A stretch of 64,000 nucleotides of DNA from Eledone cirrhosa (taxonomy: Eukaryota). Positions within the stretch are counted from its first letter, which is position 1; every line of letters starts with the position of its first letter. The translations under genes and the position numbers were made by a program. The stretch is from assembly GCA_964016885.1 (NCBI GenBank), contig OZ024754.1, positions 35,216,001-35,280,000 on the forward strand, written 5' to 3'. This document shows positions 1 to 11,685 of the stretch, in pieces. The notes beneath the pieces are model-generated. The model was not told where the DNA came from, ran no database searches, and saw only the letters and a list, made by a program, of their open reading frames with translations.

Positions 1-274
1 ATCTGCTACTAGGAAAGATATTATAAATATTTAGCTTAACAAACCTGTTCCTAGATATTTTCTGCTAAATCATTACAGGATATTAGTGTCACTTAACAAT
101 CATGCATATGTAACATTATTTTTGGCATAATTGATCACATCTCATTAAAAATTAGAGTCTTTACTCTTATATTGCAAATTTTCACAATGATCTGTCCACT
201 AGTAAAGATACAATAAACATTTGAATTAACAATCTCGTTTTTAGATATTTTTGCCAAATAATGTGTTAAGAGAT

Positions 275-463
275 AATTGTTTCTACTTTAGGCACAAGGC
301 CAGCAATTATCCAGTGCATTACTGGTACTTTATTTTATCGACCCCATAAGGATGAAAGGCAAAGTCAACCTCGGCGGGATTTGAACTCAGATCGTAAAGG
401 GATGTAACTATGCTGGAAAGCATGGCGTCCGACCCTCTACCGATACTGCCAATCCACCGCCCT
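275..463 (-). mobile_element. tRNA-derived SINE with Nin-like domain (resembles octopus OK SINE); representative of more than 20 copies
   Basis: A/B-box-like TGGCAGTATCGGTAG...GAGTTCAAATCC, then GTTGACTTTGCCTTTCATCCTTACGGGGTCGATAAAATAAAGTACCAG; TSD ATGTGTTAAGAGATAAT. Other copies near 1400-2030, 3945-4165, 17016-17210, 20915-21365, 22276-22690, 35935-36810, 47106-47295, 58815-59003, 60188-60310. Confidence 0.85.
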
Positions 464-665
464 ATGTGTTAAGAGATAATACTGCAAATTTTCACAATGA
501 TCTGTCCACTAGTAAAGATACTGTAAACATTTGAATTAACAAACCTATTTTTAGATATTTTCTGCTAAATCATTACAGGATGTTAAGAGTTAAATATGTA
601 TAAGAAAAAAACAACCTTAAAGTGGTTGGGGAAGGGTTAAGAATTGTGAAAATCTGATTACTAAC

Positions 666-830
666 CTTCCGTTCAGCTTCCTCTTCTTCAGCATCTGCTT
701 GGTCTTGTTTCTGTTGCTCATCATAGGACATGGCAACAATGGCTAATATTAAATTAACCAGATAGAAAGATCCCAGAAAGATGACCAAAATAAAGAATAA
801 TGCATGAATGGGACCTTCAGCTCGTATAAC
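666..830 (-). CDS. Nav1: Nav1 coding exon 9 (165 nt), DI-S6 and start of linker I-II
   Basis: [55 protein letters not shown]; acceptor TTTGGTAG, donor AAG|GTTAGT. Confidence 0.96.
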
Positions 831-869
831 CTACCAAAGAAAGAACAATCCACTGTTGTTATTTCTGTT

Positions 870-1092
870 GGGATTAGGGGTAAGGGTTCTGTTAGGGTTA
901 GGGGTTAGTGTTGGAGCTAAGGACAAGAGTTGGGGTTAGGGGTTAAGGTTAGGGATAAGTGTTAGGGTTAGAGATAAGTGTTGGGGTTAGGGGTAAGTGT
1001 TAGGGTTAGGGATAAGTGTTGGGGGTAGGTTAGGGTTGTGGTTAAGGTTATGGTTAAGTTAAAGAGTAGAATTAGGGTTACGGTTAGGGTAG
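870..1092 (+). repeat. Degenerate telomere-like (TTAGGG) tract
   Basis: Repeated GGGTTAGGG / GGTTAAGG / GTGTTAGGG units about 40 nt from the exon 9 acceptor. Confidence 0.7.
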
Positions 1093-2103
1093 CCTGAATG
1101 CAAATGTCTCTGTATATGGACATATACAGTGAGCCACGTCATACATCAACTCCATCACTCACTTGGCAATCCCTGGCACTAGAGATTGTGACAGACCAAG
1201 GAAGATGTGGTTGGAGGGAGTGAAGAGTGACTTGTATAAATGGAACTTGGCCAATGTCGATACTATGGACAGAAATTCATGGAGAGTGGCTGTGAGACAT
1301 TGCCTGGTGCTGTCTACCTCTGAGTCTGGGACAACCGCAGCACCCTAAAGACCAAAACTGGATATGGATGGATGGATTAGCACAATAATTCTATCCAATG
1401 TTAGCAATTTGGAGATAGGGGAAATCAATTATATTGACCTTAGTACTTAACTGGTACTTTATTTTATCAACCTCAGAAGGATAAAAGGAAAAGTAGTTCT
1501 TGGCAGGATTTGAACTCAAAACATAGACAGTCATAACTAAACACCTCAAAGCATTCTGGCCAAACACTTTACCAATACTGCTAACTCACCATCCTAATAA
1601 TTATTTCTACATTTGGCACAAGGCCAGTAATTTGAAGGGGGGGGGGGTGTTGATTAAATCAACCCCAGTGCATGACTGGTACTTTATTTTATCGACCCCG
1701 TGAGGATGAAAGGCAAAGTTAACCTCGACAGGATTTGAAATCAGACCGTAAAGGGACGTAACTCTATGCTAGAAAGCATGGCGTCCAACCCTCTACCGAT
1801 ACTGCTAATCCACTGCCCTTATTATTAGTAATAATAACCGTTTCTACTTTAGGCACAAGGCCAGAAATTACCCAGTACATTACTGGTACTTTATTTTATC
1901 GACCCCCGTAAGGATGAAAGGCAAAGTTAACCTCGGTGGGATTTGAACTCAGAATAGTAAAGGCCGTAACTCTATGCTGCAAAGCATGGCGTCCGACCCT
2001 CTACCGATACTGCCAATTCACCGCCCTATTTTTAGTAATAATAATAACAACAATAATCAAGAGAAAGATGTAATAATTAATTAGATAATGAACACTGTCT
2101 TAC

Positions 2104-2248
2104 AAGCTGGTATAAATTTTCCCAATAATCTTGCGTCATCAATCGAAAGGCACATAACATAGCCCAGGCAAAGTTGTCAAAACTTGTATATCCGAAATTT
2201 GGATTATCTCCAATATCTCGTAAACATGTGTGATTTTCGGGGCATTGT
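2104..2248 (-). CDS. Nav1: Nav1 coding exon 8 (145 nt), DI pore loop
   Basis: [48 protein letters not shown] contains the D of the DEKA filter; TTTCAG / GTAAGA boundaries. Confidence 0.96.
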
Positions 2249-2473
2249 CTGAAATATAAAAAAAGAATCATCATCATATTTACCATTCAATATCTATTGT
2301 CCATGGTTGCATGGCTTAGACGAGTTAGACGAGCCTGTCTTTATCATTTATTCAATTTTCACGATGAATGTACTAACATCAGCTACTTCACAGCATATAC
2401 AGGTTGTGCTTTATTATGGTAGCAGCAATATTACCTAACATAGTTCATTGGGTGCTTTTTATCATGCCATCTT

Positions 2474-3120
2474 ATTGTGGCACTAGTGCTACCACTTTAC
2501 AGAGTGGACCAGGTGTATCTTATTGTGGCACCTGCACTACCACTTTACTGAGTGGACTGGGTGTATCTTATTGTGGCACCTGCACTACCGCTTTACTGAG
2601 TGGACTGGGTGTATCTTATTGTGGCACCTGCACTACCACTTTACTGAGTGGACCGGGTGCATCTTATTGTGGCACCTGCACTACCGCTTTACTGAGTGGA
2701 CTGGGTGTATCTTTTTGTGGCACCTGCACTACCACTTTACAGAGTGGACTGGGTGTATCTTATTGTGGCACCTGCACTACCGCTTTACTGAGTGGACTGG
2801 ATGCATCTTATTGTGGAACCTGCACTACCACTTTACTGAGTGGACTGGGTGCATCTTAATGTGGAACCAGCACTACCACTTTACAGAGTGGACTGGGTGC
2901 ATCTTATTGTGGCACCTGCACTACCACTTTACAGAGTGGACTGGGTGTATCTTAATGTGGCACCAGCACTACCACTTTACAGAGTGGACTGGGTGCATCT
3001 TAATGTGGAACTAACACCACCACTTTACAGAGTGGACTGGGTGCATCTTAATGTGGAACTAGCACTACCACTTTACAGAGTGGACTGGGTGCACCTATAT
3101 GGCATTAGCACTACCACTTC
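2474..3120. repeat. 48-bp minisatellite (about 13 units) derived from a SINE internal segment
   Basis: Unit GTGGCACCTGCACTACCACTTTACTGAGTGGACTGGGTGTATCTTATT; explains the 16-aa-periodic ORFs at 2404-3178. Confidence 0.9.
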
Positions 3121-4207
3121 TCAACACAAGGGCATAGAAAAGTTAACTAATATGACAATATTATTTTCTAATTTATAAATTGAAATAGTTGACAATTAAT
3201 TATAGTGATGAATCATCACCATTTAACATGTTTTTCAATGCTGGTATGGGTTATACTAGTTTTAGTAGAAGAAAAGAACTTACACCTATATAGGTCTAGC
3301 TAGCTTTCTACAAGGCTGCATTCTATAGAAGGTTTTTGTGAGTGTTTTAATGATAGGGCCCAGTTTTATCATATTGTGACAGCTCACACATATGTAGGTT
3401 TAGCTTTCCTCTTGCAAAGTTGCAGCTCATATGAGTTTTTTAGGTTGTTTAACCCTTTAGCATTTAAACCGTCTGTATCCAGCCAGAATTCTCTCATCTC
3501 TTTCTGTTCAAGCCAGCTATAACTGGCTGATTATCCTTATGTTAAGGTATTGTTCTCAAAATAAATAACATAAAAACCTTAGATTTGATATCATATGAGA
3601 TAATTATGTGAGATAAAGTGTTTACAGTGAAAATACAATAGTATATATAGAGTAATGTAAATGTTATGTGAGGTAAAGTGTTTACCGTGAAAATACAATA
3701 GTATATATAGGGTTAATGATAATGGCACTAGTCCTATCATGAAATACAATGTGAAATGAAGCATCTCTGTTCAAGAACACAACATGCTGCCTAGTCCAGG
3801 AATGAAATCCTTTGATTGTAAGTTTAATATCATAAATACTAGACCACAGGCTTTCAGTGGTAATATTGTGGAGATTGATATTCAAATTAAGCATCCACAG
3901 ATCAATGTTGGCAGTAAGAGATAGTTTGTTAATTTCAGTAATAAATAATGATTTCTAGTTTAGGCACAAGGCCAGTAATTTTGGGGAGGGGAAAGTCGAT
4001 TAAATTGACCCCAGTACGTTACTGGTGCTTTATTTTATCGACCCCGTAAGGATGAAAGGCAAAGTTAACCTCGGCGGGATTTGAACTCTGACTGTAAAAG
4101 ACCATAACTCTATGCTGCAAAGCATGGTGTCCGACTATCTACTGATACTGCCAAGACACCGCACTCAGTAATAAATAATAACAACAATACTGAATAGCAT
4201 TACATAC

Positions 4208-4268
4208 CCTGCACCCGAAGCATTTCCACATACGAGAGTATTTTGGTAATAATCAACACCCCAATTAT
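4208..4268 (-). CDS. Nav1: Nav1 coding exon 7 (61 nt), DI extracellular turret
   Basis: DNWGVDYYQNTLVCGNASGAG with the conserved CGN.SGAG; phases fit exons 6 and 8; TTCAG / GTATGT boundaries. Confidence 0.92.
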
Positions 4269-4831
4269 CTGAATGAAAAGAAAAAAAGAAAATTAGATAA
4301 AATTGTTTTAGATGAAAAAATGCAATGTATTTCCAGTAAAAATCTTCTATCATTAGAAACCGTTTTGATACCAACTTACCAAGAACCTTCTCTGGTTATA
4401 TAACACAAAACCAACCATTCTAAACGGTTCCCATTTAACCCTTTTTTATACCAACTTACCTAGAACCATCTCTGGTTCTATGACACAAAACCATCCATTT
4501 TAAAGAGTTCTTATTTAAATTAAAATCATTCAATAATTTTATATCAATCATTTGTTTATGTTACAAATACCATCTTAATAACAAAATAATTAAGAATTTT
4601 AGTAAATCCTCTAAATTCTTATTCAATTGAAATATGGTGTATTTCATTAGAAATATGGTAACAAAAGGGTTAAATTAAAATCATCTTAATAATGAAATAA
4701 TGATTTTTGTAAATCCCTCTGAACTCAACATTAATTAAATGAAATATGGTGTATTTCATTAGAAAGAGTCATGAAAGAGTTAATTAAGTTTGTAATAAAA
4801 TTCAACGATGTAATACATTTTAGGTATAAAG

Positions 4832-5303
4832 TACTGTATATACTCGAATATAAGCCAATCTGAATATAAGCTGACCCCCTATTTTATGTCTGAGAACTCA
4901 AGACAGCTAATCAACACAATATATTAAGATGGTGCGATTTTGAAATTCTCATGAATATATTTATGAAGTTTCAATATTTTAATATTTAAAATGTTTGAAG
5001 TATCGTTTAGAGTATAGCTTATGTTTCATAAATTCATTATGTAATGATATTTTACCAATTTATAACTGTTTTGAAGGCCGTATTCATTCAAAACAAATAA
5101 AAACAATAGGAAATACAAATTTCACGTTGAAGTGAAACTTGTGTAATATTCACCTCCAAAGTGAAAATATTTAAGCACCTAATTTACATAGAATTTTGAA
5201 GTTGGTGAAAATCGACAAAATATTGACCTCAACAATAAGCTGACCCCCATTTTATCATAAAGTTTTTTGTCACATATTTCTTGGCTTGTATCTGAATGAG
5301 TAT
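4832..5303. mobile_element. Tc1/mariner (pogo/Tigger-like) non-autonomous DNA transposon remnant
   Basis: Left end TACTGTATATACTCGAATATAAGCC; internal ATAAGCTGACCCC repeats; degenerate right end GGCTTGTATCTGAATGAGTATAT. Confidence 0.55.
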
Positions 5304-5383
5304 ATTATATTATATACATATATATATATGTATGTATATACATAAGGTATATATATATATATTATACTATATACATACATATA

Positions 5384-5434
<51 letters not shown>

Positions 5435-5944
5435 GAATATATGCAGTAATTAATGTAAAGTTAATTCATCATTTCAATAAATAGTGTAACTTTGTTACCA
5501 AACATATTCACTAAGATTAAAGAAACATATCTAATAAAGAACATATCTAATAAGATTATATACTTTTAAATTGGATTCAGTCTGGTACTATGTACACATC
5601 CAGGATTAACTTTTAATATCCTGTACCACATAAAACCACATTAATAAGATATTCTTGAATAGTAAAAATAAAAAAAACACCACACTGAGTGCATCACATT
5701 AAAGCTGAAAGTATTTGTTCTCTTATTAAAGATATAAAATTTGAATGTGAAACCTATTTTTACATATTTTCTGCTAAATCATTACGAGGTGTTAAGAGAA
5801 AATGGATAATAATATTATTAACCCTTTAAATGCTGAAAACATACTGTTACATCTTTTAGTTCACACCTCTTGTGACTCCCAAAGATATAACTGGTATGTT
5901 CTAGTTTAATATGTGAAGCACAGATACAGAAGAAGTATATATAT

Positions 5945-6312
5945 ATTATATATAACGAGGAATCAGTGATGCATCAAAACATAATTCATTAACATAATAC
6001 ATATGTTTCTCTGACAATCAGCTCAAGGCAGGATCTGTTACAGATCGAACCTGACTCTATCATCAGATATTATTTTGTGCTTTCAAAGCATTTCATCCAA
6101 GGAACTTGTGAATGCAGGGTCAGGTTCGATCTGTAACAGATCTTGCCTTGAGCTGATTGTCAAAGAAACATATGTAATATGTTAATAAATTGTGTTTTGA
6201 TGCATCACTGATTCCTCGTTATCTATAATAATATACTCCGCTCTGCGCAAACATAGAGTGCTCAAATGGCAAACTGCCTACGGACATATTTATTGCAACC
6301 ATACAGCAACTA
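5945..6312. mobile_element. Foldback element in Nav1 intron 6 (about 107-bp arms), Penelope-like
   Basis: Arms about 5951-6058 and 6116-6222 with few mismatches; unique extension to about 6310; (TA)n flanks; GAAA-CATATG-TA in both arms and CTGATGA on the minus strand at 6066-6060. Confidence 0.65.
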
Positions 6313-7789
6313 TATATATATAGTGTCCCCCCCCAAAAAGGCATACACACTTTTATTAGAATGCTGTTGAAGTGTGTATACATTTTTGGGGACACCTTGT
6401 TTATATAAAGCATAACTATTTATCAAACAATCCCGTTCTTTTTATTTTTAACAATTTTTTTTTTTCAAAAATGCAAAAATTAACATATAATTCTGATCTG
6501 GGGATGGGGTGGGAGTGAACATCATCATCATTATCATCATCATTTTATGTTAATTTTTCCAAGCTGGCATGGGTTGTTACAGAACAAACCAGTGTGTAAT
6601 TGGGGTTACTGTCCTCTTAGACAGGTTGGGGATCATGTTTTGCTCAATGTTTTATTTTTGCATGTTTTCTATGATTAGCTGCCATTTTTAGTGTTAACAA
6701 CTCTACAGAGTTTACAGGCAATAAAATACCAAAAATGACTCTGGAACTGAAAAGAGAACAGCAATTCTTTTCAGACAATTAATTTTTTACTAAGATCTCC
6801 TGAAACTTAAATTTCTTTAACCTATTCAGTGCCATAGATGAGATAACTCATCCTAACAGGTTTGGACTCCTTTCCAACAGTCACAACCTCAAAGTGAATT
6901 CTTGTCACTCATACTGAATTGCACAAGTCATTCTTTTATTTCATATAATTGAAGAGTGACAATAACTACTGCATTTGTACACCTGGTCAATCTCTTTCTT
7001 AGGAATCTTATTCACAGTCCAAACACGGAACAGCCGAACTCCCACTGTTATCGCCTCCATCTCTCTCGCCCTCCCCATCTCTCTGTATGGTGAGCAAATA
7101 GGGTCCCACGTGCTGGCCTCCCCACAGCCTGGTGGACAGAATGGAGAAGGCATTTCCCCGGAGGATGGTAAGGTAGATGCGGTGGAAGATCCATACTATA
7201 TCGCGAGGCTCACACCTGCAGCTAGCCAGCTCAGCACCTATGGTGGTGAGTAGGGAGGTAGCCCTAGGGCCAAGGACACTGGAAGTCTCCGCTGCCAAGG
7301 GCATGACCGCAAACCGGTCAGAGAGCGACCGGTACTTGGAGAGTTTGCCCCACCTCAAAGTTATGATCTCATTTCCAACAGTTCATAACTTCAAAGCTAG
7401 ATGGGGTTACTAGTTTATTGATGTGACATTTGTCAATCAAAATAGTCATTTTACTGAAAAAGAACCTGGCACAGCAACTGTAGCTGTGTAAAATATATGT
7501 GGCAGTCAACAGGTTAAGATATACATGCAGGCATGACTGTGTGGTTGAGGAGTTCAATCCCATTGTACACTACCTTGGACAAGTGACTTCTACTCTAGCT
7601 TTGGAATTACCATCACCTTGGGAGTGGAATTTGTAGCCCAGAAACTGCAGAAGACCATCGTATATATGTATGTGCATACGTGTGTGTGTATGTGTATCCA
7701 TGTCTATATTTGTGTTTTGTCCTGTATTTTAACAGTTTCATAAAAAAGAGATTGATATAAGAAAGAAGAAAAGAAGAAATCAAGGCAGT

Positions 7790-8165
7790 GTCTAGGATGG
7801 CCTAAATTTAATGACTGCAACCAGTAAAAAAAATGAAAGAATGGTGTGCCCCAGCATGACCTAAATTTAATGACTGCAACCAGTAAAAAAATGAAAGAAT
7901 GTGGTGCCCCAGCATGGCCTAAATTTAATGACTGCAACCATTAAAAATATGAAAGAACGTGTTGCCCCAGCATGACCACAGTTTAATGACTGAAACCAGT
8001 AAAAATATGAAAGAATGTGGTGCCCCAGCATGGCCACAGTTTAATGACTGAAAGCAGTAAAAAAAAAAAATCAAAGAATGTGCTGCCCCAGCATGGCCAC
8101 AGTCTAATGACTGAAAGCAGTAAAAGAATAAAAGAATGTAGTGCCTCAGCATGGCCACAGTCAAC
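7790..8165 (+). repeat. About 60-bp tandem repeat (about 6 units) resembling an amplified SINE 3' tail
   Basis: Unit GCCCCAGCATGGCCACAGTTTAATGACTGAAACCAGTAAAAA...GAAAGAATGTGGT. Confidence 0.8.
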
Positions 8166-8816
8166 TGCCAGTAGTTGTATTGTTTCCCACAGAATGAATT
8201 GATTTGAGAAGTACAAACCAATGGGTTGCTTGTCAATCTAATTCAATGAATTACACCTTTCATGGAGGATGACCATTTGGTGAAGAAGTGCCAAGAGATT
8301 CCAGTGGAAGGAAGCTGCAACAGAGGAAGACCAAGGAAGATCTGGATAGAAGTGGTGAGAGCTGATCGCAAAACACTGAACTTCTCAGAGGCATGGATTA
8401 AGGAATGCAACAAGTGGAAGGTGAGTGTACTGGAAAAGACCCTACCAACCCAGGTAATCATGGAAAACCAGACGTAAAAGGATGATGATGATGATGATGG
8501 TAGTGATAATTTTACTTACTTAGAGTTGTGTGGATTCATTAGTGGAGACACAAACACTTCTGATAAGATGTGAACTGTTGACCTCTTGGTTGTTTACTGT
8601 GAGTTAAGGTTATTACATCCATCTCTCATGCTTGCATGAGTTAGATCTTATCCTGGTTTCATGGGTGTTAAGTGACTGAGCATATAAGACTCTCTCTTAT
8701 TGCAAGGTAAACCCTCAGTTGCTGCTGGTACTCATTTTCAGCTGAGAGAACAGAAGCAATGACATCAAGGGAAGTGCCTTGCTCAATGATACATGTCACT
8801 TGGTCTAGGACTTTAA

Positions 8817-9037
8817 CCCTTTTGCATTTAAACTGGCTGTAACTGGCCAGAACTCTCTCACCTCTTTCTGTTCAAACTGGCTGTAACTGGCTGCTCATAC
8901 CTACATTAAGGTATTGTTCTCAAAATAAACAACATCAAAATCTCATAGATTCGATATTATGTGAGATAATTATGTAATAAAAAGCCTTTACTGTGAAAAT
9001 ACAATAGTAAATATACAGAAATGTAAATGCTAAAGGG
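8817..9037. mobile_element. TTAA-flanked (piggyBac-like) MITE; family also near 3453-3712, 13820-14006, 53290-53496, 54264-54486
   Basis: TTAA|CCCTTTTGCATTTA...TAAATGCTAAAGGG|TTAA; this copy interrupts an older SINE. Confidence 0.75.
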
Positions 9038-9634
9038 TTAAGACCATAAGTCCAACATTTTAACCACGAGGCCATACACCTTCACATTTGTTGTTTGGTA
9101 CTCAACTGGTTTGATCATACATATTCTCAGATACACAATTAACTCTTTTGACACCAAACCACTTTGAAATTACCCCGGTTTTATGATACCTAACTGTTTG
9201 GTTTAAAATATTTATATTTATTTAAAAACCTTCCATTATGTTCTAAACACCAACTTAATAATGATTAATTTCAAAATTATTTGAAGATCAGAGGCAATTT
9301 GTTTCATTAGAAATATGGTAAACAACGGGTTAAACTGGTAAAAATAAAAGAAGTTGTGGGGCTGCTGCCGTTGGAGGGAGATTGTCGGAAGTTGGGGAGG
9401 GGGGAGTGCCTGACCGACCAGAAGCACGAGGACATGACGTCACATGAGGGTCAATCAACCACGCTACTGTATCCTTGTGCTAGCAGTTCGCGTGGTGAGC
9501 AGAAGTATTGTGTGAAGGCAGACATAATTGGATGTACCCCCATGTGGAGAGTGGAAAGACTCTGCCTCTGGCTACAAAAGTAAAGAAGAAAATTAAGTAA
9601 AAACAAAACAAAAATATAAGAACATGTGTCCTAC

Positions 9635-9838
9635 CTTCATTTAAAACGTGTTCTGTCCACTCTTCATCTGTGATATTTTCATGGTTTAAAATATCTCTAA
9701 CACACTTACTCCGTAATGTTCCTTGGTATAATTGCATACCAATTAGTGCAAAGATGGATAACATGAAGCACGTAAGTATCATTACATCTCTTAACCGTCT
9801 GACAGCTTCTAATAAGGCACCCACGATTGTTTTTAAAC
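9635..9838 (-). CDS. Nav1: Nav1 coding exon 6 (204 nt), S4-S5 linker, S5 and start of turret
   Basis: [68 protein letters not shown]; acceptor GGCAG, donor G|GTAGGA. Confidence 0.95.
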
Positions 9839-9981
9839 CTGCCAACACAAATACATAGGAACATTAATGATTTGTACATAGAAATTTTATAAATATTTAT
9901 GGGAGCAAGACATTGGTGATGTTGCATGTAGAACAGCAACATTGTAAGGCTGGAAAGAATGGAAATGAGAATGGTCTAGTG

Positions 9982-10216
9982 CAGGCATGTCAAACATGTG
10001 GCTCGTGGGCAGCATGTGGCCCTTTACAAGCATACCTGCGGCTCACACAAAGGTTTTTACAGCGCGAACATGTTTTATCTTTGTAAAATTAGTTGTAATG
10101 TGCGCAATTAGTTGTCATGTGTGGCATCAGACAACACATGTGACCCATGTGTGGCCCTCAGACAACACATATGTGACCCATGTGGCCCTCGGGAGACCCC
10201 CAGTTTGACATGCCTG
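9982..10216. mobile_element. hAT-family MITE
   Basis: TIR CAGGCATGTCAAAC / GTTTGACATGCCTG; perfect 8-bp TSD GTCTAGTG. Confidence 0.92.
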
Positions 10217-10710
10217 GTCTAGTGGATGAGTAGAGAATCACAGAGAGAGAGAGAGAGGAAGATGATGGTGAGAAGTGATGAATGTTTCGAAGAGAAATGG
10301 AATGAAATGGTTGGTTTAGGAATCAAATCCATTATCATATGATCATGAGTCCAACACACTAACTACTAGGCCACATGCCTTCCAATAAAATATGGTGCCT
10401 GTTGTTAGAAATATGATTATTAAAGGCGTAGTTAAGAAAGCCACAACAATGCAGAGGGGAATCTCGAGGTAGGAAGTGAATGATAGATAGGAGAAACAGG
10501 TGAAAGTGAAAATTGAGAGAGACAAAGATGAAAACAAAACAAAGGTAGAAGGGTTACCGTAGTGGAGATTTAATCCCAATATTTCGGGCTCACGCCCATC
10601 AACGGGGGAAAGTTCCAAAAGGGGGGGAACAGGCCAAGCGGAGAAAGTTGTGATGTCGTTAAGACAGGGTTACAAGAGAAATAGGTAGATATTGAAAGAG
10701 GATCACATAC

Positions 10711-10802
10711 CTGGAATCACTGCGACAGTTTTTAGGGCTCGAAGTACCCTGAATGTTCGTAAAGCTGATAGATTACCTAGATCAACTACTTCTGTCAAAT
10801 AT
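10711..10802 (-). CDS. Nav1: Nav1 coding exon 5 (92 nt), DI-S3/S4 voltage sensor
   Basis: [31 protein letters not shown] with R/K every third residue; acceptor TTTTAG, donor G|GTATGT. Confidence 0.96.
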
Positions 10803-10876
10803 CTAAAAGAAAGATGAGAAATTACAGAAACCTTTTAATACAATTGAGAATAATCAATCATAATAGTTACTACTAC

Positions 10877-10910
<34 letters not shown>

Positions 10911-10914
<4 letters not shown>

Positions 10915-11048
10915 GTATTAACTCTAACATAGCTTTGTATATAAAATATGTGAATTTGTATATCTGGCGATATATAGTATGTTTATAAGGCTTTCAAATG
11001 TTTATTTATAAACATACCGTATATCGCCAGATATACAAATTCAAGTAT
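10911..11048. repeat. Short foldback (38-bp arms) in a (TA)n tract of Nav1 intron 4
   Basis: TGAATTTGTATATCTGGCGATATA... (10951-10988) is reverse-complementary to 11006-11043. Confidence 0.7.
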
Positions 11049-11556
11049 TATATATATATATATATATATGAATAAATGTACAAGTAAATAAATGTACGAG
11101 TAAAATTTGTTTGTGTAGATAAGTGTACAAACATATATATATATATATTACGTGATATATATATAAAGTAGTATAGTTAATATGAAGCAGAGTGAAATTA
11201 TGTAATAAATGACTAAAGTTTCAAAAAGCCAGTACAATGCAGTATAAATTTAATAATACACATGTACAGTATATATACTTAAGCACCCCTTGATCCCAAA
11301 CTCTAACGGAAGCCCTGTAACATGATCCACACATCTTGATCTGTTGTTTGTGAACAACTAAGGTTAACTTGTACATGAAATACAAAGAACAATCTAAAAT
11401 GCTTGGCCAAAAATAGAGGCTCGAATTTTACATGGGATTTACTTTTACATGGGATTTACTTTTACATGAGGATAAGCAGTAATATATTTAAATATAAAAT
11501 ATTAAAAAAAAAAAACGTCTATTTTTAAAATATGAAACAATTAAGCAATGACTTAC

Positions 11557-11685
11557 GCTAAACCAATGACTACGAAATCCAACCAATTCCAGGCATCTCT
11601 GAGGTATGTGAATGGTTCTAAGATAAATCCTCGGGCGAATAGTTTTATTAACGCCTCACATGTATAGATTCCGGTAAATATCCAT
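11557..11685 (-). CDS. Nav1: Nav1 coding exon 4 (129 nt), DI-S2/S3
   Basis: [43 protein letters not shown]; acceptor TTTCCAG, donor GC|GTAAGT. Confidence 0.96.

Noticed and set aside
2104-2248. Genomically encoded TTX-resistance substitution or species assignment to blue-ringed octopus
   Set aside because: The DI pore loop is the conserved DYWEN type; the reported Hapalochlaena substitutions are in DIII/DIV, outside this window
2404-3178. Cys-rich repetitive ORFs and a CRISPR-like periodic look
   Set aside because: 48-bp minisatellite with no unique spacers, in a eukaryotic intron with no cas genes
6941-7413. GC-rich overlapping ORFs in intron 6
   Set aside because: No recognisable domain or phase-compatible Nav exon; probably a retroelement ORF1 fragment that I cannot assign
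9839-11556. Mutually exclusive duplicate of the S3/S4 exon (5N/5A-like)
   Set aside because: No second LRTFRVLR-like exon found in either flanking intron; ORF 10343-10618 is a pyrimidine-rich tract without channel similarity
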